NCBI GenBank assembly: GCA_002269645.1
Contig: NIVC01003245.1
Span: 45,261 to 109,260, forward strand
Source: Macrostomum lignano
Lineage: Eukaryota
Length of the DNA stretch: 64,000 nt
Direction of reading: 5' to 3'
Made by a program: the position numbers and the translations under genes. Of this stretch, positions 11,812 through 25,859 are shown piece by piece (within the stretch, counting starts at the first letter, position 1; every line of letters starts with the position of its first letter). Under the pieces are notes generated by a model. That model saw only the letters and a list, made by a program, of their open reading frames with translations, was not told the origin of the DNA and did not search any database.

Positions 11812-12777
11812 GCGTCACTGATCACTCAGTAGCGTCACTGATCACTCAGTAGCGTCACTGATCACTCAGTAGCGTCACTGATCACTCAGTAGCGTCACTG
11901 ATCACTCAGTAGCGTCACTGATCACTCAGTAGCGTCACTGATCACTCATTAGCGTCACTGATCACTTAGTAGCGTCACTGATCACTCAGTAGTGTCACTG
12001 ATCACTTCAGTAGCGTCACTGATCACTCAGTAGCGCGACTGATCTTTCACTATAGTATCACTGATCACTCTGATCACTGATCACTGATCACTCAGTAGCG
12101 TCACTATCACTCAGTAGTGTCACTGATCACTCAGTAGCGTCACTGATCACTCAGTAGCGTCACTGATCACTCAGTAGCGTCACTGATCACTCATTAGCGT
12201 CACTGATCACTCAGTAGCGTCACTGATCACTCAGTAGCGTCACTGATCACTCAGTAGCGTCACTGATCACTCAGTAGCGTCACTGATCACTCAGTAGCGT
12301 CACTGATCACTCAGTAGCGTCACTGATCACTTAGTAGCGTCACTGATCACTCAGTAGCGTCACTGATCACTCAGTAGCGTCACTGATCACTTAGTAGCGT
12401 CACTGATCACTCAGTAGCGTCACTGATCACTCAGTAGCGTCACTGATCACTCAGTAGCGTCACTGATCACTCAGTAGCGTCACTGATCACTCAGTAGCGT
12501 CACTGATCACTCAGTAGCGTCACTGATCACTCAGTAGCGTCACTGATCACTCAGTAGCGTCACTGATCACTCAGTAGCGTCACTGATCACTCAGTAGCGT
12601 CACTGATCACTCAGTAGCGTCACTGATCACTCAGTAGCGTCACTGATCACTCAGTAGCGTCACTGATCACTTAGTAGCGTCACTGATCACTCAGTAGCGT
12701 CACTGATCACTCAGTAGCGTCACTGATCACTCAGTAGCGTCACTGATCACTCAGTAGCGTCACTGATCACTCAGTAG
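11812..12777. repeat. 20-bp minisatellite, ~48 copies
   Basis: Unit AGCGTCACTGATCACTCAGT, nearly homogeneous. Confidence 0.97.
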
Positions 12778-15489
12778 TCTCTTGTGTCCTTGTTTAACAT
12801 CAACAGATGGTAACATCAGTTAGCTTCATTAAACTGTAAGTATGGAATGTCATGAATTTCAACTACGTGATGTACTTTTATCTACCTACGTGGATTTGCG
12901 CCGTAAATCTGTCACCGGAGTCTATTTTGATCCTTGCTACTAATTAATCCCTGAACGCATTTGAAGCTGTCGCTGGCACACGCAGAATTTGACTTAACTG
13001 GCATAAATGATTCGCTAATTGCTGCAAAACTCTCTCCACCGCGCCTCGCTTAGCACCTGTTGGACCATAATTGATAATAAATCTTTTATCGAGAAAAAAC
13101 ATTCCACAGATTTGCGGCTCAACTTTGAAATGATGAGGCGGCAGTGGAAATATTTCCATGACTACTGTTTTGCTTATATTCAGGACCTTACATGTATATA
13201 GTTGAACCAGATGGTGAAAGGAAGACTTGGTGGTAGAGCGGTTTATTCACCCGTGTTTGCTCATAAATAGCCCCCTCCCCCTTCAGGCTTCTTGAGGTCA
13301 CTCAGAGGACCTTGGAGCTTTTTTATGAGTCCGAGAGCAAAACCTTATTGGCGCCCACCTGGAGATCTGGAGTTCAACTTCACTTCACTGTTCAAACAAA
13401 TCTCGAGTTCTTGTGCTGAATTTGAGAATTCCAAGGACCTTTTTTAATACTCGTGTCTGGACTGGAAACCAACCCGAAATCTCAAAATTATTCAAAATCC
13501 ATAATTAAAACACAAACTGATTGGGGCATTTTTCCATCTGACCCATCTGACACGAATCGCTATAGATCGACAAGATAAAAACCAGCGTGGAACTTTAAAA
13601 AAATTCAGTTTCAATCTAAAAAGTGTCAAACTTTTAGAAAATGAGATGCATATCCAGTTAAAACTTTTTATTAGATCAGCTGGTTCCAATTTCAGAGAAA
13701 ATTCTCGTCCTTTTCCAAGAATTCAAAAAGTTAGAAGCTTTTTAAAAATTGTTTAACACTTTTTGAGAACTAAATTTCATTTAAATTGCAAACATTTTTT
13801 CTGTGTCCGAGAAAGAGCTTCGATTTTTCCTAGAAATCATCAAACTAAATATTTTCTAGGAAATTGGCTTCAAGTTTCCTGGAAAATTTCTTCACGCTTC
13901 TAAAAAATGAATAAGGAATCTAAAGAATGGTCTCAAAGTTTTCTAGAAGTGGCTCTGTCATGAGAAATCATTTTTGCGCTTGTTAACAATCAAGTTCACA
14001 TTTCTAAGAAATTACTGCACGGTGTTTCTAAGAAATCGATCCCGTCTTTGGCACATTTGGCGGCATTTTTTATTAAAATGAAACCAATTAGTGATAGTTG
14101 CAGAAAGTGCAAGCCATCTCATCGTCTCATCAGGAAAAAGTTCCTTAATTGAGAAAATGCGGGACACAGAAATTCAGTTAGCAAAAAATGCTGAATCATC
14201 GGCGAACCCCCCCCCCACCCGAGAATTGAGCCTCGAACAGCGGAAATCGACGCCTTTTTCGGGCGACCGAATGAAGATGATTTCCATGTAGCAGAGCCTG
14301 CAGAAGGAAATTCTCTTTTTTTTGGGGGGGGGGGGTATCCGGATCTCCAGCTCTGGTTGTCTACAAAAAAGGATGCGAGCTTCATCCGCCCACATCTGGC
14401 TGCTTTGTCCTGTCAAACGCCGAGCCAAATGCTGGGCAAACTTCCTTGCACCCCCCCATCAGATGGGACGCAGGCGGAATAACTGGAGAACGTGGGAGGC
14501 ATATCGGATGCTCTTGCCACAAATTCCATGTTGCAGATGAGAGGGAGACTGTGAGAGGAAGAGACGAGAGGCAGACTGTGGATGGCGAGAGAGTAGACAA
14601 AAGACAGCGCGACACTGGACTGACAGAATTAGTCTGGGTTAAATGTACTTTCAGAGTGAACTGGCCGCACCGACGAGTAGGAGCAGCAAAGCGGGTAGGC
14701 GGGCAAAAGTTTGCTCAGAAAACATTTGCCAACTGCTGCATGGGGCGACAAACAACAGTTGCGATGCACGCCGCGTGGCAGTCGCCGATCAGCTCAGTCT
14801 AAAGAGAATGAGTCAATCATTAAAACAGAAAATGGGGCGCGAACTCTGAGCACGGTTACTACAAAAGTACTACGAGTGTATTAAACACAGGCGAATGTCT
14901 AAATAAAGCTGACCCAACCGTCTGCATTCAGTCAACTCCGAGAGGGCTCAACAAGACTTCCCCCCATCCTCTGGGCTTCCGTTACTAACTGTTGGGAGCC
15001 TGAATCTGAGCACAGAAAAGGAAGCCCTCCTCATCTCGCCTCGGCTGGCCTTTGGGTCACCTCATTCCTCCTACTCCTGCTATTCAGCTCACTGTGAGTA
15101 CGGACAGAAGGCCGCGGTTTATCCGGACTTCTCTGTCAATTTTATAATGAAATTAACCCGGAAAACCCGGGAAACTGCTATAGCTGAGCTGCTGGCCAAC
15201 AGACGACCAAGCTTGACGGAAGACACTCGCAGCTTAGCTGAGCTTTGGACTATACTAGGATTTCGGGTGGAAGCCAAGAGCCCATTGTGATGCGTATTTC
15301 TGGCGCAGTTTCAATTGAGTTAGAGTGCCCAATTGGCACGTTCAGGCGCGTCTGTCATTCATTCCAGCTTAGAGGTTCGATCAAATCCTTGACGCGTCCA
15401 AGACCTAATGAAATATTGTTGGCAGGAGGGCTTCGGGCACCAATCATCATCGCCCCACTACCAGCGCTGACGACAATTCTGCTTGCTCA

Positions 15490-15715
15490 TTCCGCTGACT
15501 CCTGGGCACATGCAAGCGCGTCAATACTGTACGCAGGCACACACTCATACACACCGCTCACACAGGGTGTACAGCAGCCCTGAATTTCTAATCGTCAGGC
15601 ATGTACACTCTCTGTGCCTTGAGGGTTGTCCCTGGTGGTGGTGATTCGCACGTCAAGACCCAGCTAGGAATCGAACCAGGATCGTCTACAGCTGAGCTGC
15701 TGTGCCCGTCTATGA
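15490..15715 (-). mobile_element. tRNA-derived SINE copy upstream of the GPCR CDS
   Basis: Minus-strand B-box GGTTCGATTCC (plus-strand GGAATCGAACC ~15667) followed by the shared core. Confidence 0.8.
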
Positions 15716-15804
15716 CTTCAAGTTTAACCAAAATCAACATTTCAGTTACAATCGTTGAGAATCGCTAGATAAGCTACTCTATCAAGGACAAACGCAACCG
15801 GACC

Positions 15805-17731
15805 ATGACAGTCTCCGCGCACGACTTCAGCAACAGCTCGATGCGGGCGCGCTACGCCACAATGGTGGAAGTGTTCGAGCGATTCGATCCTGCCATCGTC
15901 ATCATCGACCGCAGCATCACCCCGCTTTGGTACTTTCTCGGCCTGTTTGGCAATCTGCTGAGCGCCTGCATCTGGATGAAGCCCAAGGTGCGCCGGAACA
16001 ACTCGTCCGCCGTTTACCTGGCCGCTCTGTCAGTCTGGGATCTGCTCTTCCTGGCCATGCACCCGTTTCAGGAGGTGCGAGAGGCTTGGGGCCACTACGA
16101 TGAGAACATGCTGAACTGCACCCTGATCCCCGTGCTGCTGCTCACCGCCCAGTACCTGTCACCGGCTCTGGTGCTCTGCTTCACGGTGGAACGCTGGATT
16201 GCCATCTGCTTTCCGTTTCGTCGGGAGTCGCTGTGCACACCTCGACGAGCTTGCCTAGTTACCTTCGCTATGATCGCCGCAATCGGGCTGTGGAGCCTCA
16301 TCTCCCTGGCCTTCAGGTAAAACTTTTTTACGTCTTGTATAGTTATAGAAGGTTGCTGGACCATAGTAAGAAGAATTTCAGGAGTGTTGTGGGTTTCTTC
16401 AGAGACATCGTCCAGCAACCAGCACTCAGACAATTCTGCCCATTCCACTGACCCCTGAGCACATATGTATGAGGCACGCACTCACACACACGCTCACACA
16501 GGGTGTGCAGCGGCCCTGACTTTCTAATCGTCAGGCATGTACACTCTCTGTGCTTTGGGGCTGGCCGTCATGGCTGTGAATCGCACGACAACCCCCCTTG
16601 GCCAATTCTCGTGCACACACAAGCCCCAAACGAATGCGTTTGCGCACGGAATCAAACCAGGGGTCGTGGCGCAAGAGTCAGACGTGTCTAGATAATTTTT
16701 GGTGAGCTGCTCTGCACTCTTTGCTGGACCATGGAAGAATCGTCACCATTGGCGACGTAGGCATCGACAGATGATTTGATTGCATGGATTTGCTAGTCAA
16801 GCGTTCCCAATGTCAGTAACTGAGTCACCTGCCTTTATGACTAGCAAAATTGTCACCAAATTCCAGGTACTACAACACGGCAACCAATACCTGCGTATTT
16901 AACACGGAGAACAATCCTGTCTGGACGGTGTACTCTATCATCACGGAGACTCTGTTCAGCGGCCTGGTCCCGATCACCGCTCTGGCTTTCAACCTGCTAG
17001 TTGTACGCGAGCTCCGCCGCATCATGGACAGCAGCAAGCGATTCACACCTGCCGTCGTCGCCAGCGGTGGCGGCGGCGGCGGCGGCGGTGGCAGCAGCGA
17101 CAGCGCCGACTTGCTGGCTGACAGTGTCGAGAGGCGCTTCCGCTCGACCACGGTGATGCTGGTCTGCGTGTCCTTCTTTGTCATCCTGACCTCCCTGCCA
17201 GCCGGCATGGTCTACGCGCTGCAGAACACCAACGACTTTGGCAACGACACCCTTCCTGACGAGCTGGTCCTGACTGACCCGAAGTGGCGCAGCTACTTCC
17301 TGAGCGTGCGCATCAAGAAAGTCATCGACGAAGTGTCAATCTCGCACTATTCGCTGAACTTTCTAATCTACTTGCTGACCGGGCCGCAGTACCGAGCCCA
17401 CGCCAGGGACATTGTGTGCCGCCTGCTCCAGACAGCCCTCCTAGTTTGCTGCTGCGGTTGTCTCCGCCGGGCCAAGCAGCGCAGGGAGAAGCTGCGGGAG
17501 CGGGAGGTGTACTACCTGACCAACACGAGCACAGACAGGGCTCGGAGACTCGCTCGCCAGGGCCGGAACTGCCAGGAGCCCGCGCCGTTGGCGCAGCATC
17601 AGCAGCAGCAGCAGCAGCCGTCCACTGAGCCTTCGTCGCCTAAAGCACCTGTTGCAGCTTTGAAGACGGGCGACGGTAGCGGGGAGACTTCGGACACTGG
17701 CCAGACGCCACTGCTGCACCAAACGGATTGA
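15805..17731 (+). CDS. Rhodopsin-class GPCR, FMRFamide/sex-peptide/myosuppressin-receptor-like; exons 15805-16316 and 16867-17731 (458 aa)
   Basis: Seven hydrophobic segments, GN in TM1, YLAALSVWD in TM2, ERW (DRY variant) after TM3, NFLIY (NPxxY variant) in TM7. The phase-2 GT-AG intron joins FR|YYN in frame. Confidence 0.92.
16365..16720 (-). mobile_element. Full-length tRNA-derived SINE in the GPCR intron, with 12-bp TSD
   Basis: B-box variant GGTTTGATTCC on the minus strand and the shared core. Direct repeat TTGCTGGACCAT at 16353-16364 and 16721-16732. Confidence 0.85.
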
Positions 17732-18592
17732 CGCGATGTCCGGATTCGATGCTGGGGACACCGTCGAAAGAATATTATTTTTGTTTTGAATATCCAACAT
17801 TATTTGTTCGAAATTATCTTATGGAATCTATGTCAGTTAAAGTTTGATATTTTAACCATATTTTGTTTGCACTGAATTTTCAACGACTCTGATGATTCAA
17901 TGGCGAGATCCATCTTCATCAGTTTATCAATCATAATCCAAGAAAAAATGCTCAAAACTGGAGCAGAATAACCGTTATTCCCATCTCTTGAATGGATATT
18001 TTTATTTCGAGATTGTCTGTGGTAAAACCTGATGACCAGCGTAGCGTGTTTTAATGAGAATGACATGATTTTTTTAGTTTTAATTATAGTTTATCATATT
18101 AATATTATTATTATCTATAATTTTTGTTACTGAAGATGTGTATTGTGTGCATCTCATTTACTCAAGAGATTAATTTATTGCCCTAATTGCTGTAGTATTA
18201 ACGAGGCTCTTCACTCAGCTCATGTTGAAGGTTCCAGCCCAGTAATCAGTGAGCAACAAGCACACAAAGGCTGTCATGGTATCTGATCTCTAGTTTCGTC
18301 GTGAAAACTCTAACATGTTGCTGAGTGTAAATTACCCACTTCTACATTATCGATTTCCATGCTTAAAATTATTTTTTGTACGTTGTAGCTCGTAAAAACA
18401 CTGGCTATCATTTTATTTTGGCTTCTCAAGCTTTTTTGGCTTTTTTGCTTGCGTTTCAAGCTTTTCTGTAGCTTATTTTGTCTTTAACTGCACTGCGGTG
18501 TTGTAACCAGCCATTCTTTACTGAAATTCAATATTTTATCATCTCTACTCATCCTCAGTCTCTATATTACTTATCGTTAGGCATCGGCCCTA

Positions 18593-18757
18593 GTTCTACT
18601 CAACTCTACTCAGCTCTACTCAGCTCTACTCATCTCTACTCAGCTCTACTCGTCTCTACTCATCTCTACTCAGCTCTACTCATCTCTACTCATCTCTACT
18701 CAGCTCTACTCAGCTCTACTCAGCTCTACTCACAACTACCCCAGCTCTACTCAGCTG
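18593..18757. repeat. 10-bp minisatellite CTCTACTCA(G/T)
   Basis: Direct tandem repetition visible. Confidence 0.9.
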
Positions 18758-19316
18758 TACTTATTTCCAGAACCCTATTCATATCACTACACGCACTAAT
18801 TATCTTGCTACTTTTCATTCCATTTCGCTAACTAAATTTCTGTCTGGCACAATATAAAATTCAAAATCAAAATAAATCCGACAAATGACTGTTCAAACTA
18901 TTTGTGTGATCAAAGTCCCCGCCTCTTGACTCTCGTATGTGTAACTCAGATTAAGTAGACTGCAGTATTGGCCGAAGTTCGATGCAAGATACAGTTACGA
19001 GATGCGTTCGGAAAAATTAACTATCTTTGAAGAAAATAGCCAAGTCAGTCTTTATTACTGTGCTCAGAAAAGCGTGAGCACGCAGCTGGAGACTCGTGAC
19101 TAGCCATACCCTGTGCAAAATCTGACACCTTTGCGCCTGAATGTCTGTAGAATACAAGACTGCGATAAATTGGAAATAGTCCTTGTACGATCCTTATCTG
19201 TCTCCATATTTCATATTTTTAACGAATCTGGCCCTGACGAAGAGCTCATAGAAGTCCTTGGTGAATTCGAAGAACAGTTGCCTAAATTATCTGTCTATCA
19301 CATCTCGTCTGCTTAA

Positions 19317-19805
19317 CTATCGTACAAGGACTACTAAATTAAGTAGACGCAATTCACTGTTGAGATCGTACAAGGACTACTAAATTAAGTAGACGCGATT
19401 CACTGTTGAGATCGTACAAGGACTACTAAATTAAGTAGACGTGATTCACTGATCACATCGTACAAGGACTACTAAATAAGTAGACGCGATTCACTGCGAT
19501 AAAATCGTACAAGGACTACTAATATTAGTGAACGCAGTTCAACTGATAAGATCGTACAAGGACTACTAATATTAGTGAACGCAGTTCAACTGATAAGATC
19601 GTACAAGGACTACTAATATAAGTGGACGCGATTCACTCATGAGATCGTTAAAGGGCTACTATCAATAAAATAAATGGACGCGATTCAATGATGGCATCGT
19701 TAAAGGACTTCTAAACTAAGTGGACGCGATTCACTGCGATGAGATCGAACAAGGACTACTAATATTAGTGGACGCGATTCACCGAGGGTTCTCCAAGGAC
19801 TACTA
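19317..19805. repeat. ~46-50-bp minisatellite, ~10 diverging copies
   Basis: Unit ATCGTACAAGGACTACTAAATTAAGTAGACGCGATTCACTGTTGAG; period 46 at 19321/19367. Confidence 0.9.
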
Positions 19806-20521
19806 AAGTGAGCTACTGAAGACTAGAGTCGCATATTTCCAGCATTCGATGGCATAGCAGCCATGCCAAAGTGCTAAATCCAATCCAGCGAAGAACAAGT
19901 GAGAACCGCATGATGCGTGCATCTGACAGGCACGCATGCGCTCAAGAGACTCAACGCCTATTCTCTGTAAACAGAATCATCAGCCGGCGGAGTTGAGCAG
20001 CTGCAGTTGAACAAGAATAGGGAGCAAAAGAAAAAGAATGGAAAGTGATCCATAATTTGAGGATCGGGAAGGGCCAGCCCCTCGGCCTCCTAAATGAATC
20101 GAACGAGCTCTCCTTGACATCAGCTACCCGCCCTTCTGTTTCAGTTTTAGCCTTCAATTAGTGCTGCCTCGCCTCGCCGTCACAGACTGAAGTTTCTTCC
20201 CATCCATTTAATTTCTATTCCTATTCTAAAGGGATTGGAAATGAGAAATGAGTATAGCTCATTTTCTTCTAGCAGTTGTCCGTGATTACAGATGCAGCCG
20301 CAGTTTGCTGTCCTGTAATTTCTGGTTGCCTCGTATTGCCTGATAAGTCAGGGGCGGGGGATGTGGGCCACCTGCGATCTGGGGAGGAGAGGGGGGTTCA
20401 GAGCAGCCCACGGCAGTTCGTGAGAAACTCGCTAAGAGTTGCTCAGTACGTTGTCAAGGCATTTTCAGTGAGCTTACGAGCTAATCATTAGGCTTCAGTC
20501 TAGCTCGGGTTCTCGTCGGAT

Positions 20522-21330
20522 ATCCAGCTTGATGAAGTGAGTAATGTCAGCTTGATGAAGTGAGTAATCCCAGCTTGATAAAGTGAGTAATCCCCACTTG
20601 ATGAAGTGAGTAATCCCAGCTTGATGGAGTGAGTAATGTCAGCTTGATGGAATGAGTAATCCCAGCTTGATAAGGTGTGTAATGTTAGCTTGATGAAGTG
20701 AGTAATCCCAGCTTGATGAAGTGAGTAATCCCAGCTTGATGGAGTGAGTAATCCCAGCTTGATGAAGTGAGTGATCCCAGCTTGATGAAGTGAGTGATCC
20801 CAGCTTGATGAAGTGAGTGATCCCAGCTTGATGGAGTAAGTAATCTCAGCTTGATAAAGTGAGTAATCCCAGCTTGATAAAGTGAGCAATCCCAGCTTGA
20901 TGGAGTGAGTAATCCCAGCTTGATGAAGTGAGTGATCCCAGCTTGATGGAGTGAGTAATCTCAGCTTGATAAAGTGAGCAATCCCAGCTTGATGGAGTGA
21001 GTAATCCCAGCTTGATGAAGTGAGAAGTCCCAGCTTGATGGAGTGAGTAATCCCAGCTTGATGGAGTGAGTAATCCCAGCTTGATGAAGTGAGTAATCCC
21101 AGCTTGATGAAGTGAGTGATCCCAGCTTGATGGAGTGAGTAATCTCAGCTTGATAAAGTGAGCAATCCCAGCTTGATGGAGTGAGTAATCCCAGCTTGAT
21201 GGAGTGAGTAATTACAACTTGATAAAGTGAGAAGTCCCAGCTTGATGGAGTGAGTAATCCCAGCTTGATGGAGTGAGATGTCCCGGCTTGATGGTGATGG
21301 AGTGAGTAATTACAACTTGATGAAGTAAGT
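20522..21330. repeat. 23-bp minisatellite
   Basis: Unit CCCAGCTTGATGAAGTGAGTAAT. Confidence 0.95.
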
Positions 21331-21799
21331 AATTAATTTCTGAAGAACAAAGAGCAGAAGTCCTGCTCAAAGCAGCTTTTTGAATTTATTGAATTAATCG
21401 GATTTCAACCTACTTTGCTCAGTGATATGATTTCCGAACCCCAACCCTAACAACCGGAATTATCCGAGGAGCAAATGTACAGGTCTAACAGCCATGACTC
21501 CAATCCTGAGATATGGATTTAGCACACTGAAAACAAATGCGCAGAGCTTGTCAATCTGGCAGCTTAGCATTCCCAACAGGTGCCAGAATACGCAGAGGGG
21601 CTGTCCAGAAATCAATAATCTACATTTTCAATAATTTCAGCGTTCTTAGAGTGCCAAAAGTACAAGTAGAGCCAAGGTTTGAATGTAATCGAATTTACTT
21701 TGTTTACAGTCTAAAGACATGCGTATCAGACCTTTTTTGCAGAGATTTGGCTAAACACGTTTACTTATATTAAGTATAGACTGGCACCATTGGTAACCC

Positions 21800-23230
21800 A
21801 GACAAGAGAGAAGAGAGATGAGATTTGATGAAAGAGACGAGAGAGAAGAGAGATGAGATTTGATGGAAGACACAAGGGAGAAGAGAGATGAGATTAGATG
21901 GAAGAGACGAGAAAGAAGAGAGATGAGATTAGATGGAAGAGACGAGAGAGAAGAGAGATGAGATTTGATGGAAGACACAAGGGAGAAGAGAGATCAGATG
22001 AAATGGAAGAGACGAGGGAGAAGAGAGATGAGATTAGATGAAAGAGACGAGAGAGAAGAGAGATTCGATCAGATGGAAGACACAAGGGAGAAGAGAGATC
22101 AGATGAAATGGAAGAGACGAGGGAGAAGAGAGATCAGATGAAATGGAAGAGACAAGGGAGAAGAGAGATTAGATTAGATGGAAGAGACGAGAGAGAAGAG
22201 AGATTCGATCAGATGGAAGACACAAGGGAGAAGAGAGATCAGATGAAATGGAAGAGACGAGGGAGAAGAGAGATGAGATGAAATGGAAGAGACGAGGGAG
22301 AAGAGAGATTATATTAGATGAAAGAGACGAGAGAGAAGAGAGATTCGATTAGATGGAAGACACAAGGGAGAAGAGAGATCAGATGAAATGGAAGAGACAA
22401 GGGAGAAAAGAGATTATATTAGATGTTAAGAGACGAGGGAGAAGAGAGATGAGATTAGATGGAAGACACAAGGGAGAAGAGAGATCAGATGAAATGGAAG
22501 AGACGAGGGAGAAGAGAGATTAGATTAGATGAAAGAGACGAGAGAGAAGAGAGATTCGATTAGATGGAAGACACAAGGGAGAAGAGAGATCAGATGAAAT
22601 GGAAGAGACGAGGGAGAAGAGAGATCAGATGAAATGGAAGAGACAAGGGAGAAGAGAGATTAGATTAGATGGAAGAGACGAGAGAGAAGAGAGATTCGAT
22701 CAGATGGAAGACACAAGGGAGAAGAGAGATCAGATGAAATGGAAGAGACGAGGGAGAAGAGAGATCAGATGAAATGGAAGAGACGAGGGAGAAGAGAGAT
22801 TATATTAGATGGAAGAGACGAGAGAGAAGAGAGATGAGATTAGATGGAAGACACAAAGGAGAAGAGAGATCAGATGAAATGGAAGAGACAAGGGAGAAAA
22901 GAGATTAGATTAGATGAAAGAGACGAGAGAGAAGAGAGATTCGATCAGATGGAAGACACAAGGGAGAAGAGAGATCAGATGAAATGGAAGAGACGAGGGA
23001 GAAGAGAGATCAGATGAAATGGAAGAGACAAGGGAGAAGAGAGATTAGATTAGATGGAAGAGACGAGAGAGAAGAGAGATTCGATCAGATGGAAGACACA
23101 AGGGAGAAGAGAGATCAGATGAAATGGAAGAGACGAGGGAGAAGAGAGATGAGATGAAATGGAAGAGACGAGGGAGAAGAGAGATTATATCAGATGGAAG
23201 AGACGAGGGAGAAGAGAGATGAGATTAGAG
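21800..23230. repeat. Purine-rich ~35-bp minisatellite with 140-bp higher-order repeat
   Basis: Unit approx. GAGATCAGATGAAATGGAAGAGACGAGGGAGAAGA; the variant TTCGAT recurs at 22064, 22204, 22344, 22555, 22695, 22940 and 23080. Confidence 0.92.
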
Positions 23231-23725
23231 GGACGAGATAGAGGTAGAATAAAGCGGGGATTAGATGGGGAGGCTCACGGTGAATAAAGAGCAGAATAGC
23301 TGGCGCAGCCGGGCCAAAGTCGGTTCGGTTCAGCAGGTGCCCCCTCCCCAGCCCCCCAGCCCGAACACGCAAAAGTCGGGAGCAGCAAAAAGAGCAACAG
23401 CAGAGACAAGTTGCCGATCTCGTCCAAGCAATTCGATACAGAGAGAAGACGGCAAGGCGCAGCGCCGAGTGTGACCGCTAGCCTTTGTCCCTTCCCGCTG
23501 GCCTGCCTAACCGACCGAGCGGCTCTTCAGAACTCGAAATCAAACTGAGACCGCGGAGGAACCGCCTCATCGCCCTGAGGGACTATTTAAGCTTATTTAG
23601 GCTTATGAATAAGCTGCTGAGGTCATAAGCATACTTGTGGCCGAAATAGAAATCCCTGCGCTGTCTGTTTTAATGCAGTGCCAGATACGATAATAGATTC
23701 TCTACTACAAGTAGTCTAGTGCAAG

Positions 23726-24205
<480 letters not shown>

Positions 24206-24914
24206 CCTGCACGCCGGACAGCCCCTCTAAGAGCCGGCGCGCCCAGCAAACCCAATTAGGGTGCCTCAATGCATCTCTCTGTCTCAAGTTCTTGCCACAA
24301 ATCCTCAAGACTACCCGGGTGGTTGAGTGCCCAATGGTGTGATCGAGTTAGCAGGCTTAAGGCTCGCCATAATTTCATTACAGCAGCATAAATATCCCGC
24401 AGTATAAAATGAATTAATTCTGGCCATATGGCTCAGCTTCTCCAGCCTCTCTCTCACGATCTCAACCAGTTCCAAAGGCGCTCCGAGTCTACGCCCACGA
24501 CCAAGATTCGTTCTTCTGCTTTAAATTATCTCAGGCGAAGAAAATCCCAACCTCATCACCATGGCAACCGGACTGGCCAGGATTTAATCGGGCGGAAATC
24601 GAGACCACCCCCCCCCGCGAAGTCGCTATGGGAAAAATGGGATATAAAGAAAATAGAGTGGAGAAGAGCGGAAAAGATCCGGACCCCACGGCCTGCGCGC
24701 ATCCTGACCGCCTGTGGGACTGATTGGACTTCTGCCGCCACCCCCTAAACACAATTATATGGCCTGCCAGCCCGCATTCACCTTCCTTCTCTTGCTCCTG
24801 TTCCTCAAGCTTCGGCCTTCATCAAATTATTCTCTCGCCTTTTGCCGAACTTCTCCTTTCAGCCTTCTCTTCAGCCTCTCCTCCTTTCGTCTAAATCTCT
24901 TCATATGATTTTCC

Positions 24915-25500
24915 CCTTTATAATTTCACTCCCTTCATCATTTCAATCCCTTCATCATTTCACTCCCTTCATCATTTCACTCCCTTCATCATTTCAATCC
25001 CTTCATCATTTCACTCCCTTCATCATTTCACTCCCTTCATCATTTCACTCCCTTCATCATTTCACTCCCTTCATCATTTCACTCCTTTCATAATTTCACT
25101 CCCTTCATCAATTCGCTCCCTTAATAATTTCACTCCCTTCATCATTTCAATCCCTACATCATTTCACTCCCTTCATCATTTCACTCCCTTCATCATTTCA
25201 CCCCCTTCATCATTTCACTCCCTTCATCATTTCACTCCCTTCATCATTTCACTCCCTTCATCATTTCACTCCCTTCATCATTTCACTCCTTTCATAATTT
25301 CACTCCCTTCATCATTTCAATCCCTACATCATTTCACTCCCTTCATCAATTCGCTCCCTTCATCAATTCGCTCCCTTAATAATTTCACTCCCTTCATCAT
25401 TTCAATCCCTACATCATTTCACTCCCTTCATCAATTCGCTCCCTTCATCATTTCGCTCCCTTCATTATTTCACTCTCCTTATCAGTTCACCCCCTTCATC
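24915..25500. repeat. 17-bp pyrimidine-rich minisatellite
   Basis: Unit TTCACTCCCTTCATCAT. Confidence 0.95.
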
Positions 25501-25859
25501 CTTTCTCCATTTAAATCCACAATAAATCAAAAAGTAAAATACGCCTCATGCATCGGCGAGAGGATTTAGGGAATAATAGGCTCCTAGGCTTAGGTTTCTA
25601 TTAATAGCAGCGAGTGACGTTGGTTCTGCCAATTTAATTCATCGGATTTATCTTTGAGCCGCAGCGAGTGGCGGCACCGACTCCTTGAGAGATATAAAGC
25701 GTCTGGTTATTAAAAGTCCTTTCTCGCTGCTTTCATATTTTTTAATTATGGCTGTCATTAAAGTCAGGTGCATATTCGTGACTTGCGAACCGAATTGATT
25801 GTGTTATTTGAATAGAATGTCGCAAACAATAATCCTCCAATAAAAATAGGAGGAATGTA

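Noticed and set aside
13240-14850. Possible LTR with a tRNA primer-binding site (TGGCGCCCA at 13349)
   Set aside because: Only a 9-nt match; no second LTR and no recognisable gag/pol downstream.
15660-15715. tRNA genes at the GGTTCGATTCC B-boxes (also 57508) and GGTTCGACCCC at ~26788
   Set aside because: No cloverleaf could be folded. The first two are SINE heads and the third has too little support.
16095-17800. Antisense/alternate-frame ORFs over the GPCR (similarly over PDE9, the RRM gene and NARS)
   Set aside because: Shadow ORFs from GC-rich codon usage of the real genes.
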